From contig JBEULK010000076.1 of the NCBI GenBank assembly GCA_041287325.1, positions 2,852 to 66,851 on the forward strand: a stretch of 64,000 bases of DNA, written 5' to 3'. This stretch comes from Pyrobaculum sp. (GTDB lineage: Archaea > Thermoproteota > Thermoprotei > Thermoproteales > Thermoproteaceae). The translations under genes and the position numbers were made by a program. Positions 8,858-19,202 of the stretch are shown piece after piece (the first letter of the stretch is position 1; every line of letters begins with the position of its first letter). The notes beneath the pieces were generated by a model. The model searched no databases. It was not told the DNA's origin and worked only from the letters and a program-made list of their open reading frames with translations.

Positions 8858-11499
8858 AACTTCAGCGACTTTATATCTACAACCTTTCCATGGTCCGACC
8901 TGCTCACGTCTACGCCGTCTTCACCATAGAGTAATTGTAGGAGAGTTGCGCCGCCGAACCTTACCGTGCCGTCGTAGGCTACGTAGATGTCTTGTAATGC
9001 GTTTATCAACCGCCTCTGCATGTAGCCAGACTGCGCCGTACGGACAGCGGTGTCTATAAGCCCGTCGCGGCCAGCGGCAGCGTGGAAGAAGTATTCTACA
9101 GGCATTAAGCCGCATCTAAAACACCTCCTCACGAAACCTCCTACGTAAGGCCCGATATCGCCCACAGGGAAGTGAGGAAGCGTCCGTGTCCTAAACCCGC
9201 GTCTTATACGCTCTCCACGAATAGTCTGTTGCCCTAACGTGGCCACCATTTGGACAATGTTTACAATACTCCCCCGAGCGCCGGTCTTCGCCATCAAGTA
9301 ACCCTCTGCATCCTTTTTTACATATTTTTCAACTACAATTGCGGCGTCTTCACGGACTTTGGAGAGAATTTCTGTAATTTTGTTTTCAAATGTCTCCTCC
9401 ACTGTAAACCCAGGCATAGCCTCTAGTCTCCCACTTCTAAACTCTTCTATTAACTCCTCGACCTTTTTCAAGCTGTTCTCAATTAAACTGTCAAGCTCTT
9501 TATAAGCCTCGTCGGGTATGTAAATAGAGTCCATGCCAAAGGAGAACCCGCGTATGTCTAAAAACCTAAGGAAGACTCTAAGCGAGGAGTCAAGCCACCT
9601 CCTAGCCACTTCAGGCGGATAGTCGCGGGCAATTCTATGCCACAGCGAGTCTACCTGCTCTGCGCCGATGGACTTCTTGTCTACGACGCCTTTTACTAAT
9701 TCTCCGTTTATTACAATAATCCACTCGTCGCCAAAACATCTATATGCTTCTTGGCACTTGCTCTTAAACGCGGTGGGTTGCACCCAGTTTAAATCCTTGG
9801 GCAGGAAGTGGGAAATTATTTGCTTGCCAGTCCACAACTCTACTGGGTGGAGTATCGCGGGCTCAGGCGGGTCTTCCGCAGATTTACCAGCCCCCAGAAG
9901 GTAGGCCACCTCTTTCTTATTTAAAAATGTCGATTTATGCGATAGGAGATGGCCTCCAATGATGTAGTCTTGCCTCGCGCCGATAATTGCGCCGCCATAG
10001 CGCGGCGTGATAATATGCTTTTCCACTAACATAAGGGTCCTTGCCTCGGCCCTGGCCTCCTCGGTCTGAGGCACGTGTAGGTTCATCTCGTCTCCGTCAA
10101 AATCGGCGTTGTAAGGAGGACAGACAGCTAAGTGAAGCCTGAAAGTCCTCCCAGGCAATATTTTTACAAGATGTCCCATCATAGACACGCGGTGGAGGCT
10201 AGGCTGTCGGTTGAACAATACGATATCTCCGTCTATTAAATGCCTCTCTACAATCCACCCGGGCGCAATTCTCTCCGCCAAGGCTCTGCGGTCTTTTACG
10301 TATCTCAAATCTATCCTCCTTCCCTCCGGCGTGACTACGTAGTTAGCGCCAGGCCAAGCCTCGGGTCCTCTAATTACGTATTCGCGCATGACGTCGATGT
10401 TCCAAGAGGTCACTCTCTCAGGTACTGTTAATATCTTGGCGATGTCCACCGGGACGCCTACCTCGTTGATACTAATGTGGGGGTCTGGGCTTACGACGGT
10501 TCTGGCGGAGAAGTTGACACGTTTGCCAGAGAGGGAGCCCCTAAACCTCCCCTCCTTCCCCTTAAGCCTCTGTGCAATGCCTTTTAAAGGCCTGCCGCCT
10601 CTGTGCTTCGCCACGGGGATTCCGGGGAGCTCATTGTCGAAATAAGTAGCCACGTGGTACTGCAACAAGTCCCACAAGTTGTCAACCACGTTCGTAGGCG
10701 CTCCGGTTTCTATGGCAATTTTAAGCTTCTCATTCATTCTACTTATGTCAACCAGCTTATGCGTCAAGTCGTCCTCAGACCTTATGCCAGTCTCAAGTTG
10801 AATAGAAGGCCTTACGTGAGGCGGCGGCACGGGTAACACCTTTAAAATAGTCCACTCAGGTCTTGCCACTGTGGGGTTAATGCCTAGAAGTTCTAAATCC
10901 TCTCCAGGCACCTTGGCAAGTCGGTCGCGGAGGGTTTCCGGGTCTAGCTTCACCAAGGCACCGCTTTCAGTCTCCTCGTAGAAGTAGTAAGGCCTTTCAA
11001 ACCTCACTTTGTTCTTCTTATAGCCGCAGTGTGGACAAGTAGTTCTCTCAGAAGCCTTCTTCCTAATTTTTTCATGCAGGTTCTGGGCAAGTAGTCTCCA
11101 CCTCTTCCTAAGCCTCGCCAATCTCTCCTTATATCTCTCAATCTCCTCGTCTCTCAACATAATCCTGCCACAGTTAGGACATGTAGCCCTAAGTATGTCG
11201 TATATAATACGCGCGTACCCCACGTGGATTACTGGCTTTACTAACTCAATGTGGCCAAAGTGCCCGGGACAGACATCGTGCGTCTGTCCGCATGTCTCGC
11301 ACCGCGCCCCAGGCTCAGAGACGCCTAGCCTCCTATCTGCAATGCCGCCTCTTACCGGGAGGCCTCCCTCGTCGTACACCTCCGACGTGGTTACCTCCAT
11401 TACGGAGTATTTACGAATCATGTCCGGGCTGAGAATGCCGAACTTGATAGACTTGATAGCTTTTCGGGGGATAGTATCAACCTCCTCCCTTAACGACAC
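8845..11499 (-). CDS. rpoA1: DNA-directed RNA polymerase subunit A'
   Basis: 884 aa. Zinc motifs CETCGQ..CPGHFGH, catalytic NADFDGDEMN, RQPSLHRVSMM. Confidence 0.97.
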   Translation of the reverse strand: MSLREEVDTIPRKAIKSIKFGILSPDMIRKYSVMEVTTSEVYDEGGLPVRGGIADRRLGVSEPGARCETCGQTHDVCPGHFGHIELVKPVIHVGYARIIYDILRATCPNCGRIMLRDEEIERYKERLARLRKRWRLLAQNLHEKIRKKASERTTCPHCGYKKNKVRFERPYYFYEETESGALVKLDPETLRDRLAKVPGEDLELLGINPTVARPEWTILKVLPVPPPHVRPSIQLETGIRSEDDLTHKLVDISRMNEKLKIAIETGAPTNVVDNLWDLLQYHVATYFDNELPGIPVAKHRGGRPLKGIAQRLKGKEGRFRGSLSGKRVNFSARTVVSPDPHISINEVGVPVDIAKILTVPERVTSWNIDVMREYVIRGPEAWPGANYVVTPEGRRIDLRYVKDRRALAERIAPGWIVERHLIDGDIVLFNRQPSLHRVSMMGHLVKILPGRTFRLHLAVCPPYNADFDGDEMNLHVPQTEEARAEARTLMLVEKHIITPRYGGAIIGARQDYIIGGHLLSHKSTFLNKKEVAYLLGAGKSAEDPPEPAILHPVELWTGKQIISHFLPKDLNWVQPTAFKSKCQEAYRCFGDEWIIVINGELVKGVVDKKSIGAEQVDSLWHRIARDYPPEVARRWLDSSLRVFLRFLDIRGFSFGMDSIYIPDEAYKELDSLIENSLKKVEELIEEFRSGRLEAMPGFTVEETFENKITEILSKVREDAAIVVEKYVKKDAEGYLMAKTGARGSIVNIVQMVATLGQQTIRGERIRRGFRTRTLPHFPVGDIGPYVGGFVRRCFRCGLMPVEYFFHAAAGRDGLIDTAVRTAQSGYMQRRLINALQDIYVAYDGTVRFGGATLLQLLYGEDGVDVSRSDHGKVVDIKSLKLWIR

Positions 11500-11537
11500 G
11501 GCGTAGAGTAACAGAATAATATTTAAATCTTCCTACG

Positions 11538-14500
11538 TTACTCTAATGCCTCTGTTAGTTCCAACTTGGGGTATATTCCCAACGCTATTAACTCTTGGAG
11601 CAGTAGCTTAAAAGCGTAGGGCACCACCACCTTTGCGAACTGCCCAGCGTCGCCGTGTATTGGACACTTAGGTTTATTAGTCTTAGCGTCTAAATACGCA
11701 GGCAAGCCGCACAGCTCGCAGACGTACATTACGTACTTGTCGCTAGACTCCACCAGCCTCTCGTACAACAGCGCAGAGGCGCCGTGGGCAATTAACACGT
11801 CGCGCTCCATCTCGCCTAGACGCAAGCCGCCTTCTCTAGAGCGCCCCTCAGTGGGCTGTCTTGTTAATATCTGCACAGGCCCCCTCGCCCTTGCGTGGAT
11901 TTTGTCGGCTACCATGTGATGAAGCTTCTGATAGTAGACAATCCCTATGAAGACGTCAGCAGTGAGCTTCTCCCCCGTTATCCCGCTGTACATAACCTCC
12001 TTCCCATCCCACTTAAATCCTAACTTGAGCAAGAGTTGCCTCAAATCGCCCTCCTTAACGCCCTCAAACGGAGTGGCGTCAACAAGATGTCCTGTCATGG
12101 CTCCAACCTTCCCAGCTATGCTCTCTAAGAGTTGTGCCACTGTCATGCGCGACGGTAACGCGTGTGGATTGACAATAATATCTGGCACAATTCCATCTTC
12201 TGTAAACGGCATATCCTCTTGTCTTAATAACATACCTAATACTCCCTTCTGGCCGTGACGCGACGCAAACTTGTCGCCAAGCTCAGGTGTTCTAAGCTCT
12301 CTCAGCCTCACTTTAACTAACTTATTGCCCTCCGGCGACTCTGTGACAATAACCCGGTCCACAATGCCCTTTTCACCACGGCGCACGGCGACGGAGGCAT
12401 CTCTCCTCTCTTTTAAAATCCTCTCAGCCTCAAGAGTTGTATAAAACCTAGGAGGCGCGGTTTTGCCTATGATCACTTCGTTACTGCTTACATAAACCTC
12501 TGGGGGTGCAATTCCATCTTCGTCCAGGTGGCTGTAGGCCTCTGGCCCTCTATAGCCCTTTACAGAGCTGTCTGGAATTTCAATCCTATCCTCCTCGCCG
12601 CCGGGGTACTTCTGCTCCTCGGTCTCATACGTCCGGTAGAAAACCGAGCGGAACATCCCCCTCTCCACAGAAGCCTTGTTTAAAATAACGGAATCTTCCA
12701 TATTATAGCCAGTGTATGTAAGCAACGCCACCACGGCGTTTTGGCCGGCGGGGCGTTTAGAATACCCCACAAGCTCAAGCCCCCGTGTCGTGACTATCGG
12801 CCTTTCGGGGTAGTATAACATATGGCCGCGGGAGTCTAACTTATACAAGAAGTTAGACTGAGGCAGTCCTAGAGACTGCTTCGCCATGGCCGCCTCGTAT
12901 TGATTACGAGGAGACTGGTTGTGCTCTAAGTACGGAATAATCAAGGCGATAGCGCCCAGTATAGAAGATGGTATAATTTCAACATGGGTGTAGTCGTTTA
13001 AGTCTTCCTGCGGGTTAGTGGCGATTCTTGCGTTCTCCTCCTCATCGGCGTCAAGGTACTCCACAACGCCCATTTTAACTAAATCGTCCCAAGTCAATTC
13101 ACCTCTCTTTACTTTCTCCACAACATCCTTTGTTAATCGCAACTTCCCATCTTCTACTATGAGGAGAGGCCTCCTAATCCTGCCGCCGTCGCAGTTAACC
13201 AAAACCGCGCCGTCTAAATACGCTATGTTAATCTCATCGCTAATCTTGCCCTGGCGCCTAAGCCTCCTTACAGTGTTTACTAACTCCCCAGCGTTTTGAT
13301 GAACGCCTATTAACCGGCCGTTTAAATACACCTCAGCCCCCCTCACGCCCTCCTCGCGGGCTTTAAGCACCGACTCAACGCCTAGGTTGTATAACAACTG
13401 TTCCACCTCGTGTTCGTCGACGCCTGTGGTGATTTCTGCAAGAAGGGCGAGATTCTTCACAAGACCGACGTTCTGACCCTCCGGCGTCTCCACTGCGCAG
13501 AGCCTGCCCCACTGCGTGGGGTGGAGGTCACGAGCCTCGAAATGAGGCTGAGTCCTAGACAGCGACGACACCACCCTCCTCAGGTAACTAAGAGTCGAAA
13601 GATAGTTAGTCCTGTCCAAAATCTGCGAGACGCCGGTCTTCCCGCCAACCCAGTTGCCAGTAGCCAACGCCTGCCTAACTCTTTCAGTAATAATGTCAGG
13701 CCTCACTATGGTCTGGATGTGTGGAATCCGCCCCCGTGCGTAGTACTTCTCCAACTGGCTCTTAAGCTCTTGTAAAAACTGTTTAAACACAGTCCTGAAA
13801 AGCTGGGTCATCAAGTCGCCCACTAGCCTAACCCTCTTGTTCCCCGCGTGGTCTTTGTCGTCCGGCTTCCTACGGCCTAGCTGAAGCTCTACCAAGCCCT
13901 TTACAATCTGCCCCAACATCAACGCCTTCTTAATCCTAATTTCTTGCTGCTTCTTTTCATCTGGCACAGTTGTGCCGAGGTGTGGGAGGAAGTACCTGTC
14001 TAGTAGTTGCAAAGCCCTCTCAATTCTAATCGGCCTTGGTTGCCCCACCGCCACCTTGCCGCCTATGTAGTCTAACGCATCATCCCGAGTAATAGCAATT
14101 TGGTTAGCGGCGATGAGAGATGGTAACAACTCCTTCTGTATGTCGGGGTCGTCGGAAACCGCCTTAACCACATCCTCGTCAGTCTCCAGTCCTAACGCTT
14201 TCATGTATATGGGGAACGGTATCTTTACAGGCATGGCGGACAGAGTGGCATATATCACTCCGTCTTTGTTAAGTTCTACGGTAAGAGTACTCCTATACCC
14301 AATCCCAGTGGAGATAGTCTTCGCAAGATACTTCACAGAGGGCTTGTCGCCTTTGTCGTAAATAGGCCTATCTGCCACTAGGTCCTCCTGGGAGATGATG
14401 ACCCGTTCACTGCCGTTTATTATAAAATACCCGCCGAAGTCTTGCGGGTCTTCAAACTTCTTGGCATACTCCCCAAGTCTCAACCTCGTTAAGTTACACC

Positions 14501-14924
14501 TCTTCGACTTTACCATTATGGGGAGCTCACCGATGTAAAAAGTCTCCGTCGCGTAAGGCTCGTCGTCTACGTACAATGTAGCGGTGAGGTACAAAGGCGC
14601 GGCGTAAGTGGCGTTTCTAAGCCGCACCTCCATTGGGTATATCAAAGACTCAGAGCCGTCGCTCTCCTTAATCCTCGGCCAGCCCACCTCAATTTTATCA
14701 AGCACAATCTTCAGCCCCTTGATCTCTGTCTCAACTACTTTAAAATCCTCTACAATCTTAGGCAATCTCTTATCAAGAAAATCATTAAAAGACTTTATTT
14801 GATGATTTGCCAGCCCCTTGTCCTTGATAAAACGCTCAACCAAAGCCCACCTATCGTCTCTAGAGGGGAACCCCCCCTCGTCCCTGGCAGAGAGCACTGG
14901 CAGTGGAAGCAAGTCAACCATCAA
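11538..14924 (-). CDS. rpoB: DNA-directed RNA polymerase subunit B (unsplit)
   Basis: 1128 aa. GDKFASRHGQKGV, GEMERDVLIAHGA, and a C-terminal zinc ribbon CELCG..KCPIHG. Confidence 0.97.
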   Translation of the reverse strand: MMVDLLPLPVLSARDEGGFPSRDDRWALVERFIKDKGLANHQIKSFNDFLDKRLPKIVEDFKVVETEIKGLKIVLDKIEVGWPRIKESDGSESLIYPMEVRLRNATYAAPLYLTATLYVDDEPYATETFYIGELPIMVKSKRCNLTRLRLGEYAKKFEDPQDFGGYFIINGSERVIISQEDLVADRPIYDKGDKPSVKYLAKTISTGIGYRSTLTVELNKDGVIYATLSAMPVKIPFPIYMKALGLETDEDVVKAVSDDPDIQKELLPSLIAANQIAITRDDALDYIGGKVAVGQPRPIRIERALQLLDRYFLPHLGTTVPDEKKQQEIRIKKALMLGQIVKGLVELQLGRRKPDDKDHAGNKRVRLVGDLMTQLFRTVFKQFLQELKSQLEKYYARGRIPHIQTIVRPDIITERVRQALATGNWVGGKTGVSQILDRTNYLSTLSYLRRVVSSLSRTQPHFEARDLHPTQWGRLCAVETPEGQNVGLVKNLALLAEITTGVDEHEVEQLLYNLGVESVLKAREEGVRGAEVYLNGRLIGVHQNAGELVNTVRRLRRQGKISDEINIAYLDGAVLVNCDGGRIRRPLLIVEDGKLRLTKDVVEKVKRGELTWDDLVKMGVVEYLDADEEENARIATNPQEDLNDYTHVEIIPSSILGAIALIIPYLEHNQSPRNQYEAAMAKQSLGLPQSNFLYKLDSRGHMLYYPERPIVTTRGLELVGYSKRPAGQNAVVALLTYTGYNMEDSVILNKASVERGMFRSVFYRTYETEEQKYPGGEEDRIEIPDSSVKGYRGPEAYSHLDEDGIAPPEVYVSSNEVIIGKTAPPRFYTTLEAERILKERRDASVAVRRGEKGIVDRVIVTESPEGNKLVKVRLRELRTPELGDKFASRHGQKGVLGMLLRQEDMPFTEDGIVPDIIVNPHALPSRMTVAQLLESIAGKVGAMTGHLVDATPFEGVKEGDLRQLLLKLGFKWDGKEVMYSGITGEKLTADVFIGIVYYQKLHHMVADKIHARARGPVQILTRQPTEGRSREGGLRLGEMERDVLIAHGASALLYERLVESSDKYVMYVCELCGLPAYLDAKTNKPKCPIHGDAGQFAKVVVPYAFKLLLQELIALGIYPKLELTEALE

Positions 14925-14954
14925 GCCATTAGACTATACACTTTAAAAAGTTGA

Positions 14955-15182
14955 CTACCCCGGCACTACTAAGCGGTAGACAACGCTCTCCCCCGCAGTC
15001 GGCGACTCGCGCACAATCTTCAAAACATCGCCTGGCTTAGCCCCGGCTTTAACAGCAAGGGGATCGCTTGCCCTAATCCAAGGAATCTGCCAAGGCCTAA
15101 GCCTAAGTTGCCTAAGCAAGAGCTTTGCATCCTCTTTCGGAATAACAGAGACCTCCTTTACCCCCAGAGATACGCGAGACAC
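14955..15182 (-). CDS. rpoH: DNA-directed RNA polymerase subunit H (Rpb5 C-domain)
   Basis: 75 aa with a GTG start. ..LPWIRASDPLAVKAGAKPGDVLKIVRESPTAGESVVYRLVV is the Rpb5 signature. Lies upstream of rpoB. Confidence 0.85.
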   Translation of the reverse strand: MSRVSLGVKEVSVIPKEDAKLLLRQLRLRPWQIPWIRASDPLAVKAGAKPGDVLKIVRESPTAGESVVYRLVVPG

Positions 15183-15210
15183 GTCGCCTTTCTAGAATTT
15201 ATTTAAAAAC

Positions 15211-16992
15211 TTACTTCTTTCCAGCCATCAACGTCCTTATTTCGTTTACCATTTTTTCAATAAACTTCGTAATTTCCTCTTTCGCCACGTCATTAGTCGC
15301 CTCCATCCTCAGCCTAGGCAGACGCTTGACAGTTTCTAACTCTCTAAGAGCCGACGCAGAGACGCCAGCCTCCACAGCCTTAAGCCCCTCTTCGTAGTAG
15401 GTGTAGATAGCCTTCATGAGGAGGTACTGCTTAATAGGCGCCGAAGGCGTGTCGATGGAGTTGTAGGCGTCTTGTTTTAAGAAGCCTTCTCTAATCATAA
15501 AAGCGACGTTAAGCACATGTTTCTCATACTCGCTCAGAGCCTCGGTACCCAGAATCCTCACAATTTCTTGCAACTCCGCCTCTTTTACCAACAGCGACTG
15601 CAACACATCTCTAATACGCCGCCAGTCAGGCGCCACATTTTTAGACCACCACACCTCCACGGTGTCTACATAACGCGAAAAGGCCACAAGCCAGTCTATG
15701 GCAGGGTAATGGCGAGAATATGCCAGCCTAGGCGACAGCGGCCAAAAGGCCCCTATGAAGCGCAAAGTGTTCGAGGTGACGGGCTCTGTGAAGTCGCCAC
15801 CCGGAGGGCTTACGGAGGCGGCGATTGTCAAAGACCCAACCCTTTCCTTACTGCCGAGTAACACTACGCGGCCTGCCCTCTCGTAAAACTCGGCAAGACG
15901 CGTGGGGAGGTACGCGGGGTATCCCTCCTCCGATGGCATTTCGCCAATGCGCAGAGCCACCTCGCGCATAGCCTCGGCCCAACGCGAGGTAGAGTCGGCG
16001 AGCACCAACACGTCGTAGCCCTGGTCTCTGAAGTACTCACCCAGCGTTGTGCCCATGTATACGGATGCCTCTCTCGCGGCCACAGGCATGTTAGACGTGT
16101 TTACAATAATTGTGGTCCTCTCCAGCAGAGACCTACCAGTGGTTGGGTCCTTGAGCTTAAGCAGGCCCTGTAACGCATCTGCCGCCTCGTTGCCTCTCTC
16201 TCCGCAGAGGACTGGGATAATTATCCTACTTTGCGCATACATGGAAAGAGTCCTGATCATGACAGTCTTGCCGCTACCAAAAGGCCCAGGTACGGCGGCC
16301 GTGCCTCCCTTTGCCACTGGGAACATCGTGTCGACCGCGCGCACCCCCGTGACAAGCGGCTCCACAGGGGGTAGCTTCTCCCTAAAGGGCCTAGGCCGTC
16401 TCACAGGCCACTTATGCCACATCTTGACCTCAACCACGCCCCGCTTAGTCCTAACCCTCGCCACAACGTCGTCTACTTTATACTTTCCTTCGGCAATCCA
16501 CTCCACCTCGCCTGGCACGTTTTCTGGCAGAGGGGGGTAGGTAATGTAGTGAGTAATTAACTCCGTCTCCTTGACGGAGCCAAGCACATCTCCAGGATAG
16601 ACCTGCTCTCCTGGCTTTACCAGCGGGGCGAAGTCAAACCTGGCGTCAAGATCCAGCGGCGGCGCCTGGTCGTATCCAATCCCCCTGGCAATAAACGGGC
16701 TTTTAGAAATTTCTTCAATATTTTTCAAAGGCCTCTGCACTCCGTCATAAATCTTCCCTAAGATAGTGGGGCCTAGCCATGCGCTAAGCGGCTCGCCGGT
16801 CCTTACCACAGGCTCGCCCGGCTTCAGACCGGTGGTATCCTCATATACTTGTATAAACGCCTTATCACCTTGAACTCTCACCACTTCGCCGAACAACTTA
16901 ATCTCGCCTACAAAAACCAGCTCGTAAAGCCTAGCTCCGGGCAGATCTGCCTTCACTACAGGGCCTGAGATATACTCAATTTTTCCACTCAT
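15211..16992 (-). CDS. atpA: A/V-type ATP synthase catalytic subunit A
   Basis: 593 aa. Walker [10 protein letters not shown], plus the non-homologous region typical of A subunits. Confidence 0.95.
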   Translation of the reverse strand: MSGKIEYISGPVVKADLPGARLYELVFVGEIKLFGEVVRVQGDKAFIQVYEDTTGLKPGEPVVRTGEPLSAWLGPTILGKIYDGVQRPLKNIEEISKSPFIARGIGYDQAPPLDLDARFDFAPLVKPGEQVYPGDVLGSVKETELITHYITYPPLPENVPGEVEWIAEGKYKVDDVVARVRTKRGVVEVKMWHKWPVRRPRPFREKLPPVEPLVTGVRAVDTMFPVAKGGTAAVPGPFGSGKTVMIRTLSMYAQSRIIIPVLCGERGNEAADALQGLLKLKDPTTGRSLLERTTIIVNTSNMPVAAREASVYMGTTLGEYFRDQGYDVLVLADSTSRWAEAMREVALRIGEMPSEEGYPAYLPTRLAEFYERAGRVVLLGSKERVGSLTIAASVSPPGGDFTEPVTSNTLRFIGAFWPLSPRLAYSRHYPAIDWLVAFSRYVDTVEVWWSKNVAPDWRRIRDVLQSLLVKEAELQEIVRILGTEALSEYEKHVLNVAFMIREGFLKQDAYNSIDTPSAPIKQYLLMKAIYTYYEEGLKAVEAGVSASALRELETVKRLPRLRMEATNDVAKEEITKFIEKMVNEIRTLMAGKK

Positions 16993-17555
16993 ACCGTCTC
17001 CCTGTACAATAGATGTTTTAACTCTTCTATCTTATTTGCAATAATGCTTTCTAAAGAGTAGTCGACGACCACAGAGCCATCTTTAGTAGACACCACCACC
17101 CCGCCTCTGATGTCTCTTTCAGAGACTATGCCCATCAAGCCCAGAGTCCTTGCAATAGACTCCACAACCCCTCTGTCCTTAGGCGAGGCATATATAACCA
17201 TCTCTTTTGATTGTATGTAGTTTACCGCGTTCTCTATAAGAGATCTCAGGAATTTTATATACCTCTCCTGTCCCCTCAGCCTATCTACTTCTTCGAAGAC
17301 GGCCTCAATCAAGTCTTTGAGAAGATTTTCATAAGTCTCTGCAAGAGCTCTCCTAGACTCAACTACCGCATCGTATAACATTTTTTCTCTTTCAAGTACT
17401 ACATCGCTTTCAACCTTTGTAATCTGTTCAGAATATTTATTAAGCACTACGTCAGCTTCTTTCCTAATCTTTGTCTCTACTTCTACAACTAAGTTCTTTT
17501 CCAACTCTTCTAACTCACGAATTTTTTTAAGAATTAACTCTTCGAAGAGAGACAT
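16989..17555 (-). CDS. atpE: A/V-type ATP synthase subunit E
   Basis: 188 aa. Long N-terminal helix plus a globular C-terminus ([21 protein letters not shown]). ATGA overlap with atpA. Confidence 0.75.
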   Translation of the reverse strand: MSLFEELILKKIRELEELEKNLVVEVETKIRKEADVVLNKYSEQITKVESDVVLEREKMLYDAVVESRRALAETYENLLKDLIEAVFEEVDRLRGQERYIKFLRSLIENAVNYIQSKEMVIYASPKDRGVVESIARTLGLMGIVSERDIRGGVVVSTKDGSVVVDYSLESIIANKIEELKHLLYRETV

Positions 17556-17586
17556 AGACGTCTCATCATAAGGGTTTTTAAATATC

Positions 17587-17877
17587 CTACCCGCCGAGTA
17601 CCTGTCTTACAATTTGTAGGTAATTAACCTCTCGTTCCATGCCTTCTTCAACGCTGGGGATCTCCACTAACAACTTACGGGGGTTAGCCATGCGCAGAGC
17701 GTCGAGGTCTTTTCTAATAGCCTTGGCAATTTTTGAGGATATGAAAAAGACGTTGAAATTATCAAAATTCTTTTGTATAAACTCCAGCGCCTCTTCTGGA
17801 TTGTCAACGTATCTTCCCTCGAAGCCTAAAAGCTTGAATAAACTAACTGTATACCTATCTCCCAAGACGATGTACAT
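17587..17877 (-). CDS. atpF: A/V-type ATP synthase subunit F
   Basis: 96 aa. [21 protein letters not shown].. matches the subunit-F pattern. Lies upstream of atpE. Confidence 0.72.
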   Translation of the reverse strand: MYIVLGDRYTVSLFKLLGFEGRYVDNPEEALEFIQKNFDNFNVFFISSKIAKAIRKDLDALRMANPRKLLVEIPSVEEGMEREVNYLQIVRQVLGG

Positions 17878-17905
17878 AACAGAAAAATTGGTCTAGTATA
17901 TAAAA

Positions 17906-18403
17906 TCACCAAGGCTCTTTCTTAAGGCCCAGTAAATATGCCACATAGTTCGTCCCCCTGTGGATAATCGGAGTAACCACCACAGCGGACAACACAACAT
18001 CGAGGGGCAACTCGCGGTAGAGGCTGAGCATGAGAAACGCCACGAGCAGGAAGTCCAGCTGGTCTAGCGGAAACGCCGGGTGACCCCTCGGCATGCACAG
18101 CCGCCTTTTTACAAACGCCCCGATGAGGTCTCCTAATACGGCAGACGCCGACAAGACAAAGGCGTCTAGCAGAGTGAGGTAGTGGTATAACAAGTTGGGA
18201 AGGTATCCCAATAAGGTCCCCGCCGCAATGCCAATGGCGGCGCCCTCGAACGTCTTCCCATCGCCGAATAGCCTACGTCCGTCGACAAAACTTCTGCCAA
18301 AGTCGATGGGGTGCCTCCGCCTAAGCCTGCCAGCCAATACCGCAGAGCCGTTGGCCACATACGGGGGCCAGATTAAGAGGAATAAGGCCTCTAAAAAACT
18401 CAT
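17906..18403 (-). CDS. carS: CDP-archaeol synthase (DUF46/CarS family)
   Basis: 165 aa polytopic protein. WPPYVANGSAVL...PIDFG....DGRRLFGDGKTFEG..G matches the CarS signature as I remember it. Confidence 0.75.
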   Translation of the reverse strand: MSFLEALFLLIWPPYVANGSAVLAGRLRRRHPIDFGRSFVDGRRLFGDGKTFEGAAIGIAAGTLLGYLPNLLYHYLTLLDAFVLSASAVLGDLIGAFVKRRLCMPRGHPAFPLDQLDFLLVAFLMLSLYRELPLDVVLSAVVVTPIIHRGTNYVAYLLGLKKEPW

Positions 18404-18747
18404 TCGTGTGTTTTCATTATGTGTACAACAAGCGACTTAATAGAGATAAAGCTTCGTCCACATATGCCACATATATAAGAACGGTCTTGTCTTTTAACAA
18501 AGTGTCTCCTCACGTGGTGTCTATACTCACGGCTCTTCACTTTTGAGTTACAGATGGGGCACACGACGTCCACCCCGCTCTTTTTGCCATGTTCGATGTA
18601 GTGCCGCACCACCTCGCGCCAGCTCACCTGTTTTTTGCAAATTGTACACGTCACCGTCACCACAGGAAGTGCGTATCCCCTGTCTGTACAAGATAGGCAC
18701 AGCTCGGCGGCCATGGCAGTCTGAACAAACTTATTTATAAAACTCAA
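18400..18747 (-). CDS. protein with three C2H2-type zinc fingers
   Basis: 115 aa. CTIC-x11-H-x3-H, CPIC-x10-HH-x3-H, CGIC-x12-H-x4-H. Its stop overlaps the carS start (ATGA). Confidence 0.6.
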   Translation of the reverse strand: MSFINKFVQTAMAAELCLSCTDRGYALPVVTVTCTICKKQVSWREVVRHYIEHGKKSGVDVVCPICNSKVKSREYRHHVRRHFVKRQDRSYICGICGRSFISIKSLVVHIMKTHE

Positions 18748-18755
18748 TCACGCCC

Positions 18756-19202
18756 ATGCGTAGAGGAGTCTCGCTGGTAGATTGGAAAAAAGGCCTAGTA
18801 GCCTATGTCGAAGCCGATGAGAAGGCGCTGGAGGAGTTTAAAAAAATCTTAGAACTATGTGGCAACAAGATAGAGCCCCGCAACGTGCCCTGCTTGTCGT
18901 CGCTCGCCTCTAAACTTGAAGTCAACTCTACAATATACGTCACAGACCTATACGGCATAGCCAACAGCCTGGCTTTTTCTAAAAAAATTCCTAGGGTTTC
19001 CCTGTTAGCTGAGGCGTGGACATACTTAGGAGAGCTTATTTGCGCCAAAGGAGAGGTGGAATGCGACGAAGAAGTAGGCCTCAGATGCTGTGTAAAATGC
19101 GACTTGGCGTGTCTACTTGCTAAAGTGCTCGGAATAGCAGGCCTAGGTACGAAAATAGACGTAAGAGAACAGGTAAAAAAGAGACTAGCTGGCGAAGGTT
19201 AA
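18756..19202 (+). CDS. hypothetical protein
   Basis: 148-aa ORF that fills the gap between flanking genes. I recognise no motif. Confidence 0.4.
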   Translation: MRRGVSLVDWKKGLVAYVEADEKALEEFKKILELCGNKIEPRNVPCLSSLASKLEVNSTIYVTDLYGIANSLAFSKKIPRVSLLAEAWTYLGELICAKGEVECDEEVGLRCCVKCDLACLLAKVLGIAGLGTKIDVREQVKKRLAGEG

